In this document: in pieces, positions 59,601 to 64,000 of the stretch
Layout of the letters: the number at the start of each line of letters is the position of its first letter
How positions within the stretch are numbered: the stretch's first letter is position 1
DNA from: Acetatifactor sp.
GTDB lineage: Bacteria > Bacillota > Clostridia > Lachnospirales > Lachnospiraceae
Direction: 5' to 3'
DNA: 64,000 nt
Assembly (NCBI GenBank): GCA_016293615.1
Contig: JAEDDX010000002.1
Coordinates: 27,183-91,182, forward strand
Program-made: the position numbers and the translations under genes
The notes under the pieces: generated by a model
What the model was told of the DNA's origin: nothing
Seen by the model: the letters and a program-made list of their open reading frames with translations, nothing else
Database searches by the model: none

Positions 59601-60953
59601 TTGATCAAGCATACAAGGCGAAGATTGCTGTTACCCATACTGACGACGCTGGTGGTATTCGTCGTATTTTTGTTTGCAGTGATTGCTTTTTATACACAGG
59701 ATAAGATGGAAACGTCCGTATCCCCTGTCATAACCGTGGAAGAAGCAGAGACCTCTGTCATCCTCGTTTCTGAAGAACCGGAAGTCACTCCCCTGCCGGA
59801 AGAACCGGAGCCCGTCTTCGAAGAATACGACATCACACTGATGGCACTGGGCGATAACCTCATGCACATGGGAATCGTAAATACCGGCCGACAGCCTGAC
59901 AGAACCTATGACTATACCTTCCTCTTTGAACCGATGCGGCCGTTTTTACAGGCTGCAGATATTAAGGTGATCAATCAGGAGACGATTTTAGGCGGAAACG
60001 AGCTTGGTTTTTCCGGATATCCGCACTTCAACTCTCCCACGCAGGTCGGCGATGCCATTGCGGATGCGGGCTTCAATATCGTGCTTCACGCCTCCAACCA
60101 TGCCTACGACCAGGGAATCAGAGGAATCGATCATGCCATTGACTATTGGAGTCAGTATCCTGACATACTGACGGTCGGGATCAATCGCGCAGACAAAGAG
60201 CCCGAGATCCCTCTTCTTAGCGTCGGCGGATATACCTTCGCCATTCTGAATTATACTTACGGCCCCAACCTCGGTTCTGTTCCGGGCGATCTGCGCGGGC
60301 GTCTCAACATGCTGTGCGATTACGACGAATCGAGTGGCCTGATTGATTTTACCAGTCTCCATCCCGGGGTAATCCGGGATATTGCTGCGGCACGCGAAAT
60401 TGCGGATATTGTGATCGTCTTTCCGCACTGGGGAACCGAATATACAAAGGTACCATCGACTTACCAGAAAAAATTCGCCATGATGATGACAGAAGCAGGT
60501 GCCGATCTCATCATCGGTACGCATCCGCATGTTCCGCAGCCGATTGAGTGGATCACGGCCGGGAACGGCAACAAAGCACTCTGTTACTATTCACTCGGCA
60601 ACTATGTATCGACGCAGAAAAAGGCTCTCTGTATGCTCGAGGGTATGGCATGGGTCAGCTTTCATGTATCAGAGGAAGGCATCGCTCTCTCTGAGGAAAA
60701 AACCGGCATCATACCGCTCGTCTGTCACTACAAGAGCGGCCCGGTCCGTCTGGAGCAGGTGTACCTTCTCGAGGATTATACCGAGGAAATGGCCGCACGG
60801 CACGGTATCAGGCAATACGGCGGCGTAACACTGAGGCTTTCTGACCTGCAGGCCGACAGTGATGAGATTTTCGGCGAGTTTGTACGAAAAAGGTCCGATA
60901 TCATCCCTGATACCGAACCTTCATCGAATCAAACTAATCAATCAGATTTTTAA
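59601..60953 (+). CDS. CapA family metallophosphoesterase-fold protein, membrane anchored
   Basis: N-terminal TM; ALGDNLMH, NQET, ASNHAYD, HWGTEY, GTHPHV, YSLGN; TTG start after GAAAGG. Confidence 0.88.
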   Translation: MIKHTRRRLLLPILTTLVVFVVFLFAVIAFYTQDKMETSVSPVITVEEAETSVILVSEEPEVTPLPEEPEPVFEEYDITLMALGDNLMHMGIVNTGRQPDRTYDYTFLFEPMRPFLQAADIKVINQETILGGNELGFSGYPHFNSPTQVGDAIADAGFNIVLHASNHAYDQGIRGIDHAIDYWSQYPDILTVGINRADKEPEIPLLSVGGYTFAILNYTYGPNLGSVPGDLRGRLNMLCDYDESSGLIDFTSLHPGVIRDIAAAREIADIVIVFPHWGTEYTKVPSTYQKKFAMMMTEAGADLIIGTHPHVPQPIEWITAGNGNKALCYYSLGNYVSTQKKALCMLEGMAWVSFHVSEEGIALSEEKTGIIPLVCHYKSGPVRLEQVYLLEDYTEEMAARHGIRQYGGVTLRLSDLQADSDEIFGEFVRKRSDIIPDTEPSSNQTNQSDF

Positions 60954-62190
60954 CTCCGAGAATATTGTCATAGTCCGCCTGATAAATCACGACTCCCTTC
61001 CTGGAGTTCGCGGCATGAATGATCTTGCCGTCGCCGATATACAGGGCAACATGGGTACATTTTGACTTACCGTAGCAGATGATATCCCCGGGCTTGATAT
61101 CGCTGTATTCGATAAGCTTACCGTTATTCTCAAGCTGTCCGGCAGGGGTTCTGCTGACGGAATGCCCGAATTCTTTATAAATCAGACTGGTAAAGCCGGA
61201 ACAGTCCGTTCCGGTCACCAGAGAATTCCCTCCGTGCACATACTTATTTCCCAGAAACTGCATCGCATACTCCACGATCGCGGTCCTGAGCTCATCCGTT
61301 CCGGCATAGTTTATATCGGGTGGATTGACTGAAACAGTCACATTCTCCTGTGCCTGCTGTTCCTCTTCCGCGGCACGTTCCTCCTGCGCTCTTCTCTCTG
61401 CATGCTCCGCAGCCTCTTCCTCCAGGGTCTTCGCGTAGAAAAACTGTTCTTCCACCGTGACATAGTCGGCTGAGACATATCCGGTCTTATTCCCCGCATA
61501 GCGTACCTGAATCCAGTCTCCCTGATATTCTACGATTTCTACCTTTTCACCATAATCTACATATCCGATTCTCTTAGAGTCAATCTCCGGCTCTTCCCGC
61601 ACATTCAGACGGTCTGCAAATACAACTGCATATCTGGTGACATATTCCTCAATATGCTTCACGGCCTCCTCGCCATAGTAGAAAAATTCCGCCTTGATAT
61701 ATCCTTCCACATTGCCGGATATGATCTTCAGCCAGTCCTGATTCTCTCCTGCGGTTTCAATGATCTGTGCCACAGCCTTATTGAATATCTTTCCGACGAT
61801 CGCGCTGTCCGTACTCGGTCCGGAACGAACATTTACATAATTTGTGACATGCGCAAGTGCAAGGTCCGCATACTCGCTCGCAAGTTCATCCTCCGTCGAA
61901 GCTATTTCGCTCCCTGACTCAGTATCGTTGTCTTCCTGTGTCCCGATTCGGTTTGATAAATCCTCTGCCGGGATTGTCAGTGACGCGTTCTTCACAGTAT
62001 AAAAAGTCTCAGCGATACCGCCGCTTCCGAGAACGCCTGCCGTGACAGGCGTATCATATGTCGTATCTGACTGTATTTCTGTTTCCAATGTGGTCTTGGG
62101 TTCTTGCTTCGCATCCTGCAGCTTTCCTGTCGCACAGAGCATTGCTGCAGCAGCACAGAGCAAAAGACTGTTTATGATTCTGTCCTTCAT
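60934..62190 (-). CDS. NlpC/P60 cell wall peptidase with two SH3b domains
   Basis: VNVRSGPS...GYI and LNVREEP...GYVS; DCSGF, HVALYIG, IHAAN. Confidence 0.92.
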   Translation of the reverse strand: MKDRIINSLLLCAAAAMLCATGKLQDAKQEPKTTLETEIQSDTTYDTPVTAGVLGSGGIAETFYTVKNASLTIPAEDLSNRIGTQEDNDTESGSEIASTEDELASEYADLALAHVTNYVNVRSGPSTDSAIVGKIFNKAVAQIIETAGENQDWLKIISGNVEGYIKAEFFYYGEEAVKHIEEYVTRYAVVFADRLNVREEPEIDSKRIGYVDYGEKVEIVEYQGDWIQVRYAGNKTGYVSADYVTVEEQFFYAKTLEEEAAEHAERRAQEERAAEEEQQAQENVTVSVNPPDINYAGTDELRTAIVEYAMQFLGNKYVHGGNSLVTGTDCSGFTSLIYKEFGHSVSRTPAGQLENNGKLIEYSDIKPGDIICYGKSKCTHVALYIGDGKIIHAANSRKGVVIYQADYDNILGVKNLID

Positions 62191-62255
62191 ATCTTTGTCC
62201 GCCTTTAACTCCTACCATTTTACCACAACAAAAACCGATTACCAACTAAAATCTG

Positions 62256-62284
62256 TTGCATACACGGTGTAAAATGTATATACT
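62256..62284 (+). promoter_or_regulatory. sigmaA promoter of the DUF1292 gene
   Basis: TTGCAT-N17-TATACT. Confidence 0.6.
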
Positions 62285-62405
62285 AAGAGCAAACCTACTT
62301 TGGCTGATTACGGGACTGTCCGCCGACATACGGGCTGAAAGACCAATCACGCCAAAGGATACTACCAACGGATGTGTACAAAACGATCACAGGAAAGGAA
62401 ACAAC

Positions 62406-62726
62406 ATGGGTAAGAAAGAAAAATTCGAAGACGAAGAAATGACTGTGGATATTGAACTTGACGAGGGTACCGTAACCTGCGCAATTATTACGATTCTGGA
62501 AGTGGAGGGCAAGGATTATATCGTATTGATGCCCCTGAAAGAGGACGGAACCGCGAACGACGAAGGCGAAGTCTGGTTCTATGGCTATAAAGAGAATCCG
62601 GAAGACCCCAACGAAGAGCCTGAGCTCATCTATATTGAGGATGATGAAGAATACGAGAAGGTTGCAGACGCTTTTGACGAATACCTGGACAATGTCGAGT
62701 TCGATGAATTAATCGACGAAGAATAG
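62406..62726 (+). CDS. DUF1292-like acidic protein
   Basis: EVEGKDYIVLMP...IEDDEEYEKVADAF; ATG 62406 after GAAAGGA. Confidence 0.85.
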   Translation: MGKKEKFEDEEMTVDIELDEGTVTCAIITILEVEGKDYIVLMPLKEDGTANDEGEVWFYGYKENPEDPNEEPELIYIEDDEEYEKVADAFDEYLDNVEFDELIDEE

Positions 62727-62797
62727 TCATCCTGTCAATTTAAGCGAGTGTATGAAGAAATCTCTGTGAATAACCATATTTTTCACGATAATTAATT

Positions 62798-62834
62798 GGC
62801 GGAAAGCTTTTTTTAATGCTTTCCGCCTTGTTTT
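62798..62834 (+). terminator. Terminator after DUF1292 gene
   Basis: GGCGGAAAGC-N10-GCTTTCCGCC followed by TTGTTTT. Confidence 0.75.
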
Positions 62835-62878
62835 GTATACTATTTCAAAATCCGATCATTTCACTCCGTTATACTATA

Positions 62879-63616
62879 TTATTTCTTTAATAGATATGTT
62901 TGCTCTACAATATCCTTTACCGCATCCACATCCGTATCATGATTGAATTTAAAAGCGTACTGTTCAGAACTCCATTTACGATTTGAAATATCATAAATCA
63001 ACCCATTTTTATCTTTTATGGTTCCCAACTTAGCATTAAGAACGATTTCTATCCATCCCTTATAAGGCCAAAGCGTAATTACATTTTTCTTATTAAGCTT
63101 AAATGTAACATAATTCTTTCTGGGAGATTCTTCTAATGTCTTATCTACAGATAAAATAATACCTTTCATCTTGTTATATAAAGATGATGCCTGATTATAG
63201 TCAGGGAATAATGCCTCAACAGAATACTCTGTATCATTTATATCATTTTCACCCGAAGTATTATCGTTGTTTCTAACTAGCTTATCTGTTCTCTCGTGCA
63301 ACTGAGCAATAGCAAAAAGCATATTGTAAGCATCCCAAGGATAAAGTTCGAAAAATTCTCTATTCTGTGAAATACGAAGATTAGGATTCAATGACTGTAT
63401 AAGGTCATGAACCAGTTTATCTGGGTCCTTTACCCCTTTTATTCTTGGAATTTCATAAGTACAATAAACTTCATAAGGAAGTGGTACAGCTGTTCCCGAC
63501 AATTCCTTCACGCGCTTATCAACATCTTCCGCATACCCTATCTTTATCCAATTATCCATATGAAAGCTCTCGTTTGTAAGAACATATATATAACCTGTCT
63601 TTTCTTTTGTTTCCAT
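62879..63616 (-). CDS. GIY-YIG (T5orf172-type) nuclease fused to a DUF5655-like domain; low GC
   Basis: GYIYVLTN...IKIGYA...KRVKEL...VPLPYEV...NREFF; C-terminal PRKNYVTFK...DISNRKW; about 30% GC in sampled lines. Confidence 0.8.
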   Translation of the reverse strand: METKEKTGYIYVLTNESFHMDNWIKIGYAEDVDKRVKELSGTAVPLPYEVYCTYEIPRIKGVKDPDKLVHDLIQSLNPNLRISQNREFFELYPWDAYNMLFAIAQLHERTDKLVRNNDNTSGENDINDTEYSVEALFPDYNQASSLYNKMKGIILSVDKTLEESPRKNYVTFKLNKKNVITLWPYKGWIEIVLNAKLGTIKDKNGLIYDISNRKWSSEQYAFKFNHDTDVDAVKDIVEQTYLLKK

Positions 63617-63820
63617 ACACTGCCCCTTATCTGAAAAGTATTCTTAAGGTTTTCTCATTATTCTATTATTTTTGAAATCATATCTATTATTTCGTTTCAG
63701 GAATGGTATTGAACACATTAGAATTCTTACTAATCTATACTATAATATATTATAATCTTATGAATAACTAATATCAAGTTTCTTGTTATAGATAATTAAT
63801 TATTAAGCACCTTAACTATT

Positions 63821-64000
63821 TTATATCCACGGCTTTAAGAATCTTGAAGGAAACATTGGTTTTCCCTTGCTTCCGTACAGATAAATCAATTCCAACCGCT
63901 CTTTTGCACGCGTCATACCGACATAGAAGATTCTTCTCTCCTCTTCCAGACTATCTCCTTCTTTGTCCCTGCCGTGGGGATATACCTTCTCATTGCAGTC
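63821..64000 (-). CDS. UvrD/PcrA-family helicase, C-terminal fragment; starts beyond the window
   Basis: Manual translation DCNEKVYPH...LEEERRIFYVGMTRAKERL...PSRFL (SF1 motif VI); stop at 63821. Confidence 0.88.
   Translation of the reverse strand, partial: DCNEKVYPHGRDKEGDSLEEERRIFYVGMTRAKERLELIYLYGSKGKPMFPSRFLKPWI

Noticed and set aside
59601..60953. Poly-gamma-glutamate capsule locus
   Set aside because: CapA-family gene only, with no capB or capC; stand-alone homologs are common.
62298..62357. Hammerhead ribozyme or c-di-GMP riboswitch in the DUF1292 leader
   Set aside because: CTGATTA does not match the CUGANGA core, and the GEMM consensus elements are absent.

Overview
A 64 kb chromosomal segment of an anaerobic Firmicute, most likely Lachnospiraceae. 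That placement is inferred from gene content, a Gram-positive SOS box and about 50% GC in sampled coding lines. Almost all genes lie on the minus strand. Contents in order: a partial ftsW/rodA-family gene, U32 peptidase, zapA, ruvB, ruvA (perfect LexA/Cheo box), MATE, leuD, leuC, ilvC, two ilvN, ilvB and a truncated metH. Then come small membrane genes, the uncharacterised GGGtGRT + IscU/NifU-like pair, and a beta-mannan utilisation locus (GH1-PMI fusion, CE17-like, CE2, two GH130, cytoplasmic GH5, LacI, GH36). After that: GlmU-like acetyltransferase, topoisomerase III, asd, argH, an ABC pair, tRNA-Thr(CGT), mscS, glgB, DUF1015, a 118-bp tandem palindromic repeat, serA, serC, an L,D-transpeptidase, a second ilvB, ilvD, leuB, yajC, tgt, aroC and a lactonase. 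The window ends with a Cys-rich small protein, DUF5662, a GlgX-like protein lacking its catalytic triad, CapA, NlpC/P60, DUF1292, a low-GC GIY-YIG/DUF5655 gene and the end of a UvrD/PcrA helicase. I found no CRISPR array, prophage or integrase. The best leads are the GlgX pseudo-enzyme coupled to DUF5662, the epimerase-less mannan locus with an inserted GH5, the GGGtGRT pair, DUF1015 near serCA, the AT-rich nuclease singleton, a motif shared by the ilvN-ilvC and serC promoters, and structured leaders of leuB and aroC. All family calls come from motif recognition by eye, not from database searches.
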